The notes under the pieces: model-generated
What the model was told of the DNA's origin: nothing
Seen by the model: only the letters and a program-made list of their open reading frames with translations
Database searches by the model: none
Program-made: the position numbers and the translations under genes
From: Levilinea saccharolytica
GTDB taxonomy: Bacteria > Chloroflexota > Anaerolineae > Anaerolineales > Anaerolineaceae
Direction: 5' to 3'
DNA: 64,000 bases
Assembly: GCF_001306035.1 (NCBI RefSeq)
Contig: NZ_LGCM01000055.1
Location: 1 to 64,000, forward strand
Shown: piece by piece, positions 47,508-57,538 of the stretch
Layout: every line of letters begins with the position of its first letter
Numbering within the stretch: position 1 is the stretch's first letter

Positions 47508-47531
47508 GGGTTTGCCTTTGGGCTGGCGCGG

Positions 47532-48995
47532 CTAGCGGGGGCGGCGCTTGCGGGAGCGGCGGCCTGAACCCACGGCAGAGGAAGGCGACTGCGGCGGGCG
47601 GCTGGGGGCTTCATCAGGGGCGATGAGCGGCTCGTGGAAGGTCTGCTGGTAAAAATCATCCAGGAGCATGGCCAGCAGGTGATTATCCTCGCCGGATTGA
47701 GCCAGGGTGGGCACCAGGGGCACGAAGCGGGCCATACGCTCGGTTTGCAGCCGGTCGCGGGTGCGCAGGCGGGCTTCCAGCAGGGCAATGATGCGCTCGG
47801 AGACCACGTGCTGAACATCCTCATCGGAGGGCAGGGGGCGTTCGTTCAGGGGGAAGTTGAACTGCTTGGCGATGCGCAGCAGAGCGGCGCGTTCCACCGC
47901 TGTCACCAAAGTGATAGCCGTGCCAGAGGCGCCGGCGCGCCCGGTGCGGCCGGAGCGGTGGATATAGGCTTCGGGGTCTTCGGGCGGCTCGTATTGGATG
48001 ACGTGGGAAAGCTCCGGCAGGTCAATGCCGCGGGCAGCCACATCCGTGGCTACCAGGAAGCGCAGCGTGCCGCGGCGCACGCGGTCGAGCACTTTTTCAC
48101 GCGAGGACTGGGCCAGATCGGAGGTCAGGTCGTCGGCGTCATAGCCAAAGCGCTGCAGGACGGTGGTGACGTAGTTGACGCGCACCTTGGTATTGCAGAA
48201 GATGAGGGCCGACAGGGGATTTTCCACCTCGATGATGCGGATCAGGGAGCGGTCTTTATCCATGCCGGGGACGGAATAATAGACGTGCTCGATCTCGGAG
48301 ACGTGGATTTGATCGGAGGAGAGGTTGAGGAAGCCGGGGCTGCGCATGAACTGGTGGGTCAGGCGCAGCACGGGGGCGGGGAAGGTGGCGGAGAACATGT
48401 AGGTGCTGATGGCATGTTCGGGAAGATAATGCTGCACGCGGCGCATGTCGGGGTAAAAGCCCATCGAGAGCATGCGGTCGGCTTCATCAAAGATGAGGAA
48501 CTGCAAGTGCTGCAAGGTGAGGGAGCGGCGCAGGAGGTGGTCCAGAACGCGCCCAGGGGTGCCGACGACGATATGAGCGCCAGCCTGGAATGCGGCCAAC
48601 TGCTCGCGGTAGCCCACGCCGCCGTACACGGCCACCGTGCGCACGCCGGTGCCTGTGGCGAGGATTTCGGCCTCGGAGGCAACCTGCACAGCCAGCTCAC
48701 GGGTGGGGACGAGGATGAGAGCCTGCGTGGTGGGCTGGAGGGGGTTGACCATCTCCAGAATGGGCAGCAGGTAGGCGCCCGTTTTGCCGGAACCGGTGCG
48801 CGATTGGATCATCATATCGCGCTGGGCAAAGAGGTAGGGGATGGCGCGGGCCTGCACAGGCATAAGCTCATTCCAGCCGGCGCGGGCGATGCCCGGGCGC
48901 AGGCGTTCGGGCAGATCGTCCAGAGTGGCTTCGGGCAGGTCGGGAAGGGATTCTTGGGAATCTACATTGGAATTTGACACGTGTTCCTCATTCAT
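47532..48995 (-). CDS. DEAD-box ATP-dependent RNA helicase
   Basis: Q-motif region. AQRDMMIQSRTGSGKT (motif I). LIFDEADRML (DEAD box). FSAT. VATDVAARGIDL. HRSGRTGRAG. Basic C-terminal tail. Confidence 0.9.
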   Translation of the reverse strand: MNEEHVSNSNVDSQESLPDLPEATLDDLPERLRPGIARAGWNELMPVQARAIPYLFAQRDMMIQSRTGSGKTGAYLLPILEMVNPLQPTTQALILVPTRELAVQVASEAEILATGTGVRTVAVYGGVGYREQLAAFQAGAHIVVGTPGRVLDHLLRRSLTLQHLQFLIFDEADRMLSMGFYPDMRRVQHYLPEHAISTYMFSATFPAPVLRLTHQFMRSPGFLNLSSDQIHVSEIEHVYYSVPGMDKDRSLIRIIEVENPLSALIFCNTKVRVNYVTTVLQRFGYDADDLTSDLAQSSREKVLDRVRRGTLRFLVATDVAARGIDLPELSHVIQYEPPEDPEAYIHRSGRTGRAGASGTAITLVTAVERAALLRIAKQFNFPLNERPLPSDEDVQHVVSERIIALLEARLRTRDRLQTERMARFVPLVPTLAQSGEDNHLLAMLLDDFYQQTFHEPLIAPDEAPSRPPQSPSSAVGSGRRSRKRRPR

Positions 48996-49497
48996 GGGGG
49001 CCGTCGGACGGCCGCTGCTGATTAATGATTTCGATGGCCGCTTTTCCGGTCATGTGTTCGATTTGAAGTTCGGCCGCGCACACCCGTTTCCAATCGCGCT
49101 CGATCTCTGCATCCCCTTCGGCGGCGAAGCCGGGGGAGTACTTTTCGACCAGGCACTGCAGGGCGTATTTTTTCTCGCTGTCATCGGTGAGCAGGCGGGC
49201 CTTGCCAAAGACGACAGCGCTGCGGTAATGGGTGGTGAAGGCGTGGGGGACGACGGTATCGGCTTGAATGACGCAAAACGAGACCTTGCTGTTTTTACGG
49301 ATGCCGTCCAGCTTGTGGCCTTCGGTGGCAAAGTGGAAATACAGCTTGCCGTCTTTGTAGGCGTAGCTCAAGGGGACGGCATAGGGATAATCCTCATCCC
49401 CCAGGACGGCCAGGACGCCGGAGGTGCAGCTTTGCAAGATCTCAATGGTTTCTGCTTCAGAGAGCAGCTGTTTTTTTCGGCGCATGTCTCGGAACAT
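48988..49497 (-). CDS. Pyridoxamine 5'-phosphate oxidase-like FMN-binding protein (NimA-like family)
   Basis: MFRDMRRKKQLLSEAETIEILQSCTSGVLAVLGDEDYPYAVPLSYAY has the PNPOx split-barrel N-terminus. 8-nt overlap with the helicase start. Confidence 0.65.
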   Translation of the reverse strand: MFRDMRRKKQLLSEAETIEILQSCTSGVLAVLGDEDYPYAVPLSYAYKDGKLYFHFATEGHKLDGIRKNSKVSFCVIQADTVVPHAFTTHYRSAVVFGKARLLTDDSEKKYALQCLVEKYSPGFAAEGDAEIERDWKRVCAAELQIEHMTGKAAIEIINQQRPSDGPHE

Positions 49498-49580
49498 GGG
49501 CGCTCATACCTTTCGGATCAGATGAACCGATTGTAGCACTTTTGGGCGCGCTTGGGAGTAATTGGCACAGCAGAGAGGCA

Positions 49581-49946
49581 TTAAGACAGCAGTTTTCCGC
49601 CAAAGGCGACCCGGCCGGTGCCTTCCGGCTGGTAGAGGATATGGACGTTCTCCTGGGGACGATTACAGACCTGGGCGACGGCGGCGGCCAATTGGGCGGC
49701 CTCTGCCTGCAAAGCCGGCAGAGCGGGCAGGGCTGCTTTCAGCACCGAGACAAACACCGGAAAGAGTTCGTTCGATGGAGTGAGATTCTCGGCGTAGTTT
49801 TGGCTGGCGATGAGGGACACTTTGACCCAGGTGCCGCCGGGTTCTGAATTGAAAATTTGACCAGCGCGGTCGGCCAAGGCCGCGGCGAGGTTTGGGGGGA
49901 GGGTTTCGTCGGGGCGGGTGACAATTTCAACATGCAGGATGGGCAT
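49581..49946 (-). CDS. Hypothetical protein, tautomerase-like (MPILHVEIV N-terminus)
   Basis: N-terminal Pro-1-type MPxxxVxxx start. ~121 aa. Weak assignment. Confidence 0.35.
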   Translation of the reverse strand: MPILHVEIVTRPDETLPPNLAAALADRAGQIFNSEPGGTWVKVSLIASQNYAENLTPSNELFPVFVSVLKAALPALPALQAEAAQLAAAVAQVCNRPQENVHILYQPEGTGRVAFGGKLLS

Positions 49947-50108
49947 GGGGGACCTTTTTTCAGATCTGGGGGGATGGCTGACAAACGGCAAGGTTTCGCA
50001 GCGTATGGGATTTAACAGGAACCCCTTCTGGAATTTCAGCGCAGAATCCCGATAGGCGGGTAAGTCCCCGTCTGTCGAGTCTATAGGTATAAGGGGTTGT
50101 CGAACACC

Positions 50109-50939
50109 CTACGCTTTTTCACGGCGCAAGTTGGCGGCTCCCCACCGCTTTACGATTAGGAAAACCGCAATTGCTAGAAAAAGACTCATGAACCCGATGG
50201 TGAGCAGGTCCATTTTCATACTGGGCATTGCCAACCAGATCGACCAATTCATTGAAGTGTGCATCAGGAGGGTAGCCAAAATGCTGCCGTTGGTATGATT
50301 GAATAACCAGGTGAAGAGGATTGATGTAAGGGTAATCACTACCAGCAGCGCAAAAAAGGTAACGAGATTGTCCGCCATGAACCTTCCGGGAATAAATACG
50401 GCTGGCAGATGCCACAGCCACCAGAAAAAGCCCAGGATGATACTGGATGTTAGCGCACTAAAGCGAGATTGTAAGCGCGGTAACGCGTACCCTCGCCAAC
50501 CAAACTCCTCCTGAAGAGGGCCGGCAGTGAACAAGATGACAAAAAAGGCAACCAAAGCGTAGGGCGGATTAGAAATTACCGATAGGTCCAATGGCCTTTT
50601 GCCCACCAATATCGCGGCAAAAATGGATCCGCTGAAGATGATGAGCGGAAGAAACAAGATCGCTGCCAACCAGACCTTCTTGAAACGAAAGTCAATTCCT
50701 CGCTGTAAGAGTTGGAGAATGCCTTTACCTCCTTGCTGTAAATAAGTTAGCAGTAATGCGGCAAATAATGGACCAAATGCGGCAGGGTTGAACGGCCCAG
50801 CGAGGAAATCCGACAGCCCTGAGGGCAAGGAGATGCCCTGTGCTGCCAAAGCATTAGGGATCCAGAAGATCCAAGAAAAAGCGAAAGTAACCCCAAAGTA
50901 CCACCACAATGATTTGTTGTCATTCATTTTGCCTGTCAT
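50109..50939 (-). CDS. CPBP-family (CAAX) intramembrane metalloprotease
   Basis: Multi-TM protein with EEFGWRGYALPRL (EExxxR motif 1) and FWWLWH / MHTSMN (motifs 2/3). Confidence 0.75.
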   Translation of the reverse strand: MTGKMNDNKSLWWYFGVTFAFSWIFWIPNALAAQGISLPSGLSDFLAGPFNPAAFGPLFAALLLTYLQQGGKGILQLLQRGIDFRFKKVWLAAILFLPLIIFSGSIFAAILVGKRPLDLSVISNPPYALVAFFVILFTAGPLQEEFGWRGYALPRLQSRFSALTSSIILGFFWWLWHLPAVFIPGRFMADNLVTFFALLVVITLTSILFTWLFNHTNGSILATLLMHTSMNWSIWLAMPSMKMDLLTIGFMSLFLAIAVFLIVKRWGAANLRREKA

Positions 50940-51113
50940 TACAATCTCTCCTATCGTATTCTGCCCAATGGTGTGCATTCATGGCAGGTGGGATTTGGCA
51001 GGTAAATACCTAAGCGAAGAACCCGATTTCGGGGTTAAAACCTTTCCTTTGAAGGCAACAAGTGCGCCGCACTGCGTCCAGGTGGGGTTGAATATCGGTG
51101 GTGGATGACCATC

Positions 51114-51554
51114 TTATTCCGGTTCTGGGATCTGATGCTCGCCCAGGTGGCCGGTGAATTCCATGTTAAGCTGGCGCAGCACGTTCTCATTCTCGAAAGC
51201 GGCTTCCGGTAAGCGTTCCACGAAGTCAATCAAGGCGGTGCGCATGGTCTCAAAGGACGCGGCGATCTCATCCTCGCTTTTGGCAGCCGCCTGGGCAACG
51301 GCTTCAGCGTTGAAGGCGTCCACATCATATCGGAGCGGTTGGAAGGTGGGGTCGCTGAGATAGCGCTGGATGGATTGATGGCCGACCTGCCACCAGGCCA
51401 CGATGTGGGCCAGCAGGTCGCCAAAACGGGCGTACCCCTGCGCGGCCAGGAAGGCGGTCTGCGCCTCGGGGGACATGCGGCGAAATTGGGGGATGTATTC
51501 CGCCCAATCCTGGCGGAGGATCTGTAGAACTTGCTGTTGAACCGGATGAGTCAT
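51114..51554 (-). CDS. Hypothetical helical protein (possibly ClbS/DfsB DUF1706-like four-helix bundle)
   Basis: 146 aa, helical. DLLAHIVAWWQVG resembles the ClbS-family Trp-rich helix. Weak. Confidence 0.35.
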   Translation of the reverse strand: MTHPVQQQVLQILRQDWAEYIPQFRRMSPEAQTAFLAAQGYARFGDLLAHIVAWWQVGHQSIQRYLSDPTFQPLRYDVDAFNAEAVAQAAAKSEDEIAASFETMRTALIDFVERLPEAAFENENVLRQLNMEFTGHLGEHQIPEPE

Positions 51555-51641
51555 GAGGATACCCTTTTTCGTTTGATTATATCCCCCTGTTTTGAAGAGT
51601 CAAATACCCACTGGCTGTTTTGACAGGATGTCCACAAGGGC

Positions 51642-52220
51642 TTAACGGCGGCGGGGATTTTCGGCCCAATTGGCCGGGTTGGCCTGGATGTATTGATGGA
51701 TTTGCTGATATTCCTGCTCACTGCGGATGATGTGTTCGTAATAGTTGCGTTGCCATACGGGCGTGCCGGGGGCTTGGCGGACGGCGTTGATGCGCCGGGC
51801 GGAGAAGGATTTGAAGGCACGCACGATTTCGGACAGCGGATATATGCGCGGGTTGGTGGGTATAGGGTCGGTGGGCGTAGGGGTGGTGTGCGTAGTGGGC
51901 GTAGGGGCGGGTCTCAGACCCGCCCCTACTACAACGGCCCCCGCCCCTACAACCACATCATCCACATTATGCAGGAGGATGATTCCATGCACATGATCCG
52001 GCATGATGCAAAAGGTGCCCAATTCAACCTGGGCATAATGGACGGGCAAATCTTGCCAGGCGTGTTCAACGATTTTGCCATATTCATTCAAATGCATGCC
52101 GCCGTCATGGATTTCCCCCAGGGAGGTTTCGTGCCCGTGTGCCTTGATGGTGACGAAATAGGCGCCGGCCCGGGTGTAATCGTAACCGGGCAGGCGGATG
52201 GAACGGCGGCGGTGCTGCAT
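51642..52220 (-). CDS. REP-associated tyrosine transposase (RAYT; IS200-like Y1/HuH transposase) carrying an in-frame REP-like insertion
   Basis: YDYTRAGAYFVTIKAH (motif). HuH motif DHVHGIILL. C-terminal catalytic Tyr region QRNYYEHIIRSEQEY. Central ~36-aa Gly/Val/Pro/Thr-rich insert encoded by palindromic DNA. Confidence 0.8.
   Translation of the reverse strand: MQHRRRSIRLPGYDYTRAGAYFVTIKAHGHETSLGEIHDGGMHLNEYGKIVEHAWQDLPVHYAQVELGTFCIMPDHVHGIILLHNVDDVVVGAGAVVVGAGLRPAPTPTTHTTPTPTDPIPTNPRIYPLSEIVRAFKSFSARRINAVRQAPGTPVWQRNYYEHIIRSEQEYQQIHQYIQANPANWAENPRRR
51850..51960. repeat. REP-like palindromic repeats inside the RAYT ORF (perfect 13-bp IR gtaggggcgggtc tca gacccgcccctac plus further gtagggg/cccctac copies)
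   Basis: Read directly at 51901-51929. Related to ggggcgcgtctcagacgcgccc at 43808-43828. Confidence 0.8.
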
Positions 52221-52307
52221 GCGGATGCCTCCAATGCCCCCGTGCCTGGGGGATGCTGCTGCCAGGTGCGGGAATCCCCTATTGATATTTGAAGATCACC
52301 CCACCCC

Positions 52308-54887
52308 TCAGCACTCTGAGTAGCCGCAGGCGTAACATTTGCGGCAGCCCTCCTCGTTCACCACGGCGGCCTGGCCGCATTCGGGGCACAGATCGCCAAT
52401 GCGGGGCAGGCTGACAGCTGCCAAAGGCGGTGTTGCCGCGGCGGCCTGGATGAGGGGCAGGGGGGCCTGGATGGGGGCATCGGCATCGGATTGGGCCAGG
52501 CGCTCCTGGCGTTCCTGTAAATATTCTTCCAGCACCTGGGCCACGCCGTCGGGCAGAGAGCGCACGCGGTTGGGGCCAAAGCCCAGGGATCGCCCGCCGC
52601 CGATGCCGCCCAGCTGGCGGGTGATTTCGCTCAGGCGGCGCGAGGGTTCGATGGGAGAGGCGATGCGCAGCACGTACGACACCAGCCGCCCGATGGCTTC
52701 CGAGACGGCGGCGGTGTCGGAGCCGGCCTTGGCGGTGTTGATGAAGACTTCAAAGGGCTGCGAGCCGCCGTTTTCGTTGATGGTGACAAAGGCTTTGCCC
52801 AGGGGGGTTTCCACCGTGTAGGTGTAGCCGGGCAGGGAACGCGGGCGGGGCTTTTTGGCGTCGTGCCAGATATGGAGCTGATCCGCGGCGTCGGCAGCGG
52901 GGGTCTTTTGCTTGGCCTGCAGGGTGGCGTGGGTTTCCAGCACCACTTTTTCACGTGAGCCGGTGACGTACACGGTGAGGCCCTTGCAGCCCAGCTTCCA
53001 GGCCAGCAGGTAGGCGGTGGCCACATCTTCGGGGCCGGCCTCAGCGGGGAAGTTGATGGTCTTGGAGAGGGAGTTATCCACAAAGGCCTGCATGGCGGCC
53101 TGCATGCGCACGTGCTCTTCGGCGGAAATATCGGCGGAGACGACGAAGACCTGACGGATGGATTCGGGCAGGGCTTCCACCGCCTGGCAGGAACCGTCGC
53201 GCATGGTCTGTTCATAGACGGCCTGTTGGGTTTCGGGGTCCAGGCCGGCTTCTTCCAGTGCGCGCTGGAAATGGGGCGAGGTGTAGGTGAGCTGCAGATC
53301 GCGGCCGTTGTCGTTGACGTGGCGGATATAGGCCAGGGCGAAAACCGGCTCGCAGCCGTAGCCCTCACAGCCGGCCACGGTGGCGATGGTTCCCGTGGGG
53401 GCGATGGTGGTTTGGGCGGCGTTGCGGATGCCGTACTGGCGCAGATCGGCCTCCAGGCCCTCCCAATCCACCGCCGGGCGGCCCCAATCGCTGGTATAGG
53501 CTTCCAGCGGGGCGGGCGGCGACCAGCGCAGATTGGCGGGGTCGTACAGCGAGCCGCGGATGGCGGGGAAGGGGCCGCGTTCACGGGCCAGATCCACCGA
53601 GGTGCGCATGGCCTGATAGCGGACAAATTCCATCACCTGGGCGGCGAATTCCTGACCCTGGGGGGAGCCGTAGCGGATGCCGACGTGGTACATCAGGTCG
53701 GCAAGGCCCATGATGCCCAGGCCGATGCGGCGGGCGCGGTGGGCGGCCTCGGAAAGCTGGGGCACGGCGGGGACGTACTGGTTGGCGTCAATCACATCGT
53801 CGAGGAAGCGGGTGGCGATCTCCACCGAATGGCGCACGGCTTCCCAATCCACGCTGTGATCGGGGCCGAAAAGCTCAGCGAGATTGACGGAACCCAGGCA
53901 GCAGTTTTCATAGGGGCCAAGCCACTGCTCGCCGCAGGGATTGGTGGCTTCCAGAGGGTAAAGGTGCGGGACGGGGTTGTAACGGTTGGCGGCGTCCAGG
54001 AAGAGCATGCCCGGCTCACCGTTGTGGTGCGACTGGCGCACAATCAGATCAAACAGCTCGCGGGCGCGCACGGTGCGGTAGGTCTTGATGGGGATGCCGG
54101 CGGCCTCGGCCTCTTCCAGGGTGCCGGAGAAGCCGCGGTAGGCGGGGTGGTGAACATCGGGGAAGCGCAGATCCCAATCGGCGTCGGCTTCCACGGCGCG
54201 CATGAAGGCGTCGGTGATGCCCACGGAGATGTTGAAATTGGTGATCTGGTTTTCGTTGGTCTTGCAGGAGATGAACTCTTCGATATCGGGGTGATCCACA
54301 CGCAGCACGGCCATGTTGGCGCCGCGGCGCGAGCCGCCCTGAGCCACCTCGCCGAAGGCGTGATCATAGACACGCAAAAAGCCCACCGGGCCGGTGGCCT
54401 GACCGGCGGAGGATTTGACCAGGGAGCCCTGGGGGCGCAGGCGGGAGAAGGAGAAGCCGTTGCCGCCGCCGGTCTGCTGGATGAGGGCGGCGTCGCGCAG
54501 GGTTTGGAAAATGCCGGTGGATTCGCGGCCCATATCATCCGTGATGGGCAGCACGAAACAGGCCGCCAATTGACCCAGGGGAGTGCCCGCGCCGGTGAAG
54601 GTGGGCGAATTGGGGAAGAAGCGCCGGGCAGTGAGCAGGGTGTAAAATTCGCGGGCGCGGGCGTTGATGTCCACGTTCCAGGATTCTTCCACTTTGGCCA
54701 CGTGGTAGGCCACGCGCCAGAACATCTCGTCCACAGTTTCGGCCGGAGAGCCGTCATCTGCGCGGCGCACGTAGCGGCGGATGAGCACCTGGCGGGCGTT
54801 ATCGGTCAATTGAATCGAAGGAAGATCGGCGGGGATGGGGGGAGTGGGGAGGACGGCGGCACGCCGGTTTTTAGAATCGGTGGACAT
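52308..54887 (-). CDS. nrdJ: Ribonucleotide reductase, probably class II adenosylcobalamin-dependent (NrdJ), with C-terminal zinc ribbon
   Basis: ATP-cone-less RNR catalytic core. Active-site NPCGEQWL...CCLGSVNL. No nrdB/nrdF in the vicinity. C-terminal CPECG...CRKCYACG. Preceded by nrdR. Confidence 0.85.
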   Translation of the reverse strand: MSTDSKNRRAAVLPTPPIPADLPSIQLTDNARQVLIRRYVRRADDGSPAETVDEMFWRVAYHVAKVEESWNVDINARAREFYTLLTARRFFPNSPTFTGAGTPLGQLAACFVLPITDDMGRESTGIFQTLRDAALIQQTGGGNGFSFSRLRPQGSLVKSSAGQATGPVGFLRVYDHAFGEVAQGGSRRGANMAVLRVDHPDIEEFISCKTNENQITNFNISVGITDAFMRAVEADADWDLRFPDVHHPAYRGFSGTLEEAEAAGIPIKTYRTVRARELFDLIVRQSHHNGEPGMLFLDAANRYNPVPHLYPLEATNPCGEQWLGPYENCCLGSVNLAELFGPDHSVDWEAVRHSVEIATRFLDDVIDANQYVPAVPQLSEAAHRARRIGLGIMGLADLMYHVGIRYGSPQGQEFAAQVMEFVRYQAMRTSVDLARERGPFPAIRGSLYDPANLRWSPPAPLEAYTSDWGRPAVDWEGLEADLRQYGIRNAAQTTIAPTGTIATVAGCEGYGCEPVFALAYIRHVNDNGRDLQLTYTSPHFQRALEEAGLDPETQQAVYEQTMRDGSCQAVEALPESIRQVFVVSADISAEEHVRMQAAMQAFVDNSLSKTINFPAEAGPEDVATAYLLAWKLGCKGLTVYVTGSREKVVLETHATLQAKQKTPAADAADQLHIWHDAKKPRPRSLPGYTYTVETPLGKAFVTINENGGSQPFEVFINTAKAGSDTAAVSEAIGRLVSYVLRIASPIEPSRRLSEITRQLGGIGGGRSLGFGPNRVRSLPDGVAQVLEEYLQERQERLAQSDADAPIQAPLPLIQAAAATPPLAAVSLPRIGDLCPECGQAAVVNEEGCRKCYACGYSEC

Positions 54888-54913
54888 GAGGGCACGCTCC
54901 TGGGAGGGGATAA

Positions 54914-55363
54914 TTAGTTTTCCAATAAACGATCAATTTCTTTGCGGATGGACTGCAAATCGTCGAGGTGCAGGTACACGATGGCGTAGCGGACGTAGGC
55001 GATCAGATCTAGTTCTTTGAGACCGGCGACTACCATATCCCCGACCACGCGCACGGAGACCTCGGCGCGGCCCATGCGCTGCAGGGCAACTTCGATTTCA
55101 CCGACGAGGCGTTCGATATCGGCGGCAGAGACGGGACGCTTGGCGCAGGCGATGCGGATGCCGCGGGCCAATTTTTCGCGGTCGAACTCTTCGCGGGTAC
55201 CGTCTTTTTTGATCAGCAGGGGCGTGGCCAGGATGGGACGCTCGTAGGTGCTGAAGCGCTGGTGGCAGGACTCGCATTCGCGGCGGCGGCGCACCCCGCC
55301 GCGGGTGTCGTGGGTGGTGTCGAGGACGCGGGATTGATCGTGCTGGCAATAGGGACAAATCAT
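54914..55363 (-). CDS. nrdR: Transcriptional repressor NrdR
   Basis: [41 protein letters not shown] zinc ribbon followed by an ATP-cone. Start at the internal ATG (MICPYC). Confidence 0.9.
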   Translation of the reverse strand: MICPYCQHDQSRVLDTTHDTRGGVRRRRECESCHQRFSTYERPILATPLLIKKDGTREEFDREKLARGIRIACAKRPVSAADIERLVGEIEVALQRMGRAEVSVRVVGDMVVAGLKELDLIAYVRYAIVYLHLDDLQSIRKEIDRLLEN

Positions 55364-55704
55364 ACACACCTCGCAAAGCGGCCGCATTTGGAGTTCGGCA
55401 AGGGGACTGCGTAAATTTGGGTTAGTGAAAAATAACCCCCCACAGGTGGGGGTGTGCGGTGTTTGTCCCCGTATATTTAGGGATAGAGGTATTTTAGCAC
55501 AAACGCTCTATGGATGCAATAGAGGGGGGAAAATCTTAAGGTTAAATGTTTGCAACGTGTAGACAGCCACAGATGTAAGGAAAAATGACGGGTATATATG
55601 CGGCGCGGGGCGGGGAGGCTGGCGATGAAGGCCAGGGATGGGGGTGAGCGGTGGCGGGGGGGAGCCAGAAGGCTGACACTTGGCGGGGGCGCGAAGGACC
55701 ACCC

Positions 55705-56409
55705 TTAACGCGGCGGGAGGGAAGCTTTGGCGCTGTTCATCCCTTTCCAACATTCCTGAACAGGCAGAATGATTAACAGGACAGCGGCGACGAGATTGGC
55801 GGCCATCATCACCATGGCGAGGGTTTGCTTCTCCTGGGCTCGTTTGGCAAAGGCTTCAAAAGTCCCCGCATAGATCAGGTCTGCTCGCACCGATTGCGAC
55901 CACTCCCCATTGACGAGGTTTAGAGTGTTTTCTACAAATCCCACCACAATCACAGGTTGTTTGGCTTTCAGATAAGCCATCCCACCGGCGTCGATTGGCC
56001 AGACGCTGGCCTGGTACGTGTCGTTCGTAACGGCAACACTCTCGTCTTTAAGGTCCAGCCAAAGTTCCATCGGCGACCACAGATGGTTTTCGTCGGTGTA
56101 TGCCAAATAGTCGCCCAGCAGGGGGGTGTTGCGTTCACTCACTGTGGCCGCGATCAGGATCGCGTCACCGCTTTTCATATTTTTCATGTCGGATAACCGG
56201 GCAGTTGGCGCGTTAATACTGGCGCGGTTCAAACCGCTGAGCCCCAGGTAGGCTAGAAAAGCATTGAACAGGAGCATGGCGGTGAGGACACAAAAGAACA
56301 AGAACAGCAGGCGGTAGGCTTCCGGCGTCTTGGCTTTCCTGAGCGGAAAGCGGTACAGCAGCCAGGCCATAAAAATGCAAAAAGCAAATAGGATCAGATT
56401 GCCAACCAT
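55705..56409 (-). CDS. Hypothetical membrane protein (N- and C-terminal TM helices flanking a ~150-aa domain)
   Basis: Hydrophobic segments LILFAFCIFMAWLLY, LFLFFCVLTAMLLFNAFLAYL and MMAANLVAAVLLIILP. Confidence 0.45.
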   Translation of the reverse strand: MVGNLILFAFCIFMAWLLYRFPLRKAKTPEAYRLLFLFFCVLTAMLLFNAFLAYLGLSGLNRASINAPTARLSDMKNMKSGDAILIAATVSERNTPLLGDYLAYTDENHLWSPMELWLDLKDESVAVTNDTYQASVWPIDAGGMAYLKAKQPVIVVGFVENTLNLVNGEWSQSVRADLIYAGTFEAFAKRAQEKQTLAMVMMAANLVAAVLLIILPVQECWKGMNSAKASLPPR

Positions 56410-56761
56410 CGCCTCTCCCCTCAAAACTGAGTGATGAACGGCTTCCGCCCCCACCGGGCGCATTCGACGATTTAGGAACTACTATAGAACCGCATGGTCT
56501 TTCGCGTGAATGGATTATGGATTTAATTGTAGCATCATTCCGTTATCGTCATTTTGGAAAAGTCGATCATAGTCTCGACCTGGCTGCCGATTCTTGCAGC
56601 AAGGTGGGGAGGGTGCGGAGAGGCTGGAGATGGGACAGCCGTGAGTGCATGAAGGGTCACCCGTTGAGGGGTTGTGGTTTCGATAGCGGCGAAGGGCAGC
56701 CTGGATGAAATGATCTGACGCCGTATTTCTGCTGAGGAGCCTAAAGAAGACAGCGCAACAA

Positions 56762-57538
56762 TTACATCCATGCTATGAACTTTTTCCCATCCGCAAAAAC
56801 CGTTTTTACTGGAATGTGATAAATCTTGGAAAGGTTTTCTTCGGTGACCATTTCAGCTGTCCGTCCTGAGGTCAGGACACGGCCCTTTTCCATTAAGATG
56901 GTGTCATCACTCAGGGCCAGAGCAAGTTCAGGCTCGTGGGTGGACATGAGAATCGTTGTTCCTGAATTCTTTAATTTCCTTAAGATATGGACGAGACGTA
57001 CTTTGTTGCTCAGATCGAGATGTGAAGTGGGCTCATCCAAGAGCAGTAGTTTTGGCTCTTGAGCCAGGGCGCGGGCAGCCAACACCATTTGCCGTTCGCC
57101 GCCGCTCAGCGTCAGGATGGAATGGTCATATAGATCGCCAATCCCCATTTTCACCAATGCCTCATAAGCGATTTTTTCGTCGTCTTGAGACGGCGCCCCC
57201 AGTGGGGGTAAATAAGGGGCGCGTCCCAACAGGACATATTCAAGGACAGTGTATTCAAAGGGGGTATGTTCGCTTTGGGGAATCAGGGAGATGTGTTGTC
57301 CCAAGGCGCGTCGGCTGTAATTTTCAATGGGGATATCCAACAGACAAATCTTTCCTGCCCAGGGTTTCAGCCAGCCTAGCACCAGATAAAGCAAGGTAGT
57401 TTTTCCTGCACCATTTGGGCCCAGGATGGCAGTAATCCGGCCTTCTTTGAGGGAAAGATCCAACCCATCGAAAACAGGAGCCTCCGTACGGTTATATCCA
57501 AAACGGACTTCTTGAAAGGTCAGCAGGGAAGGGGTCAT
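56762..57538 (-). CDS. ABC transporter ATP-binding protein (FecE/BtuD-type iron-siderophore/cobalamin importer)
   Basis: Walker A GPNGAGKTTLL. Signature LSGGERQMV. Walker B LLLDEPTSHLD. Overlaps the permease gene by 4 nt. Confidence 0.85.
   Translation of the reverse strand: MTPSLLTFQEVRFGYNRTEAPVFDGLDLSLKEGRITAILGPNGAGKTTLLYLVLGWLKPWAGKICLLDIPIENYSRRALGQHISLIPQSEHTPFEYTVLEYVLLGRAPYLPPLGAPSQDDEKIAYEALVKMGIGDLYDHSILTLSGGERQMVLAARALAQEPKLLLLDEPTSHLDLSNKVRLVHILRKLKNSGTTILMSTHEPELALALSDDTILMEKGRVLTSGRTAEMVTEENLSKIYHIPVKTVFADGKKFIAWM

Noticed and set aside
55364-55704. NrdR boxes upstream of nrdR-nrdJ
   Set aside because: The only palindrome seen (ccccCACAGGTGgggg) lacks the AT-rich core of the acaCwAtATaTwGtgt consensus. 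I cannot assign boxes confidently without a matrix scan.
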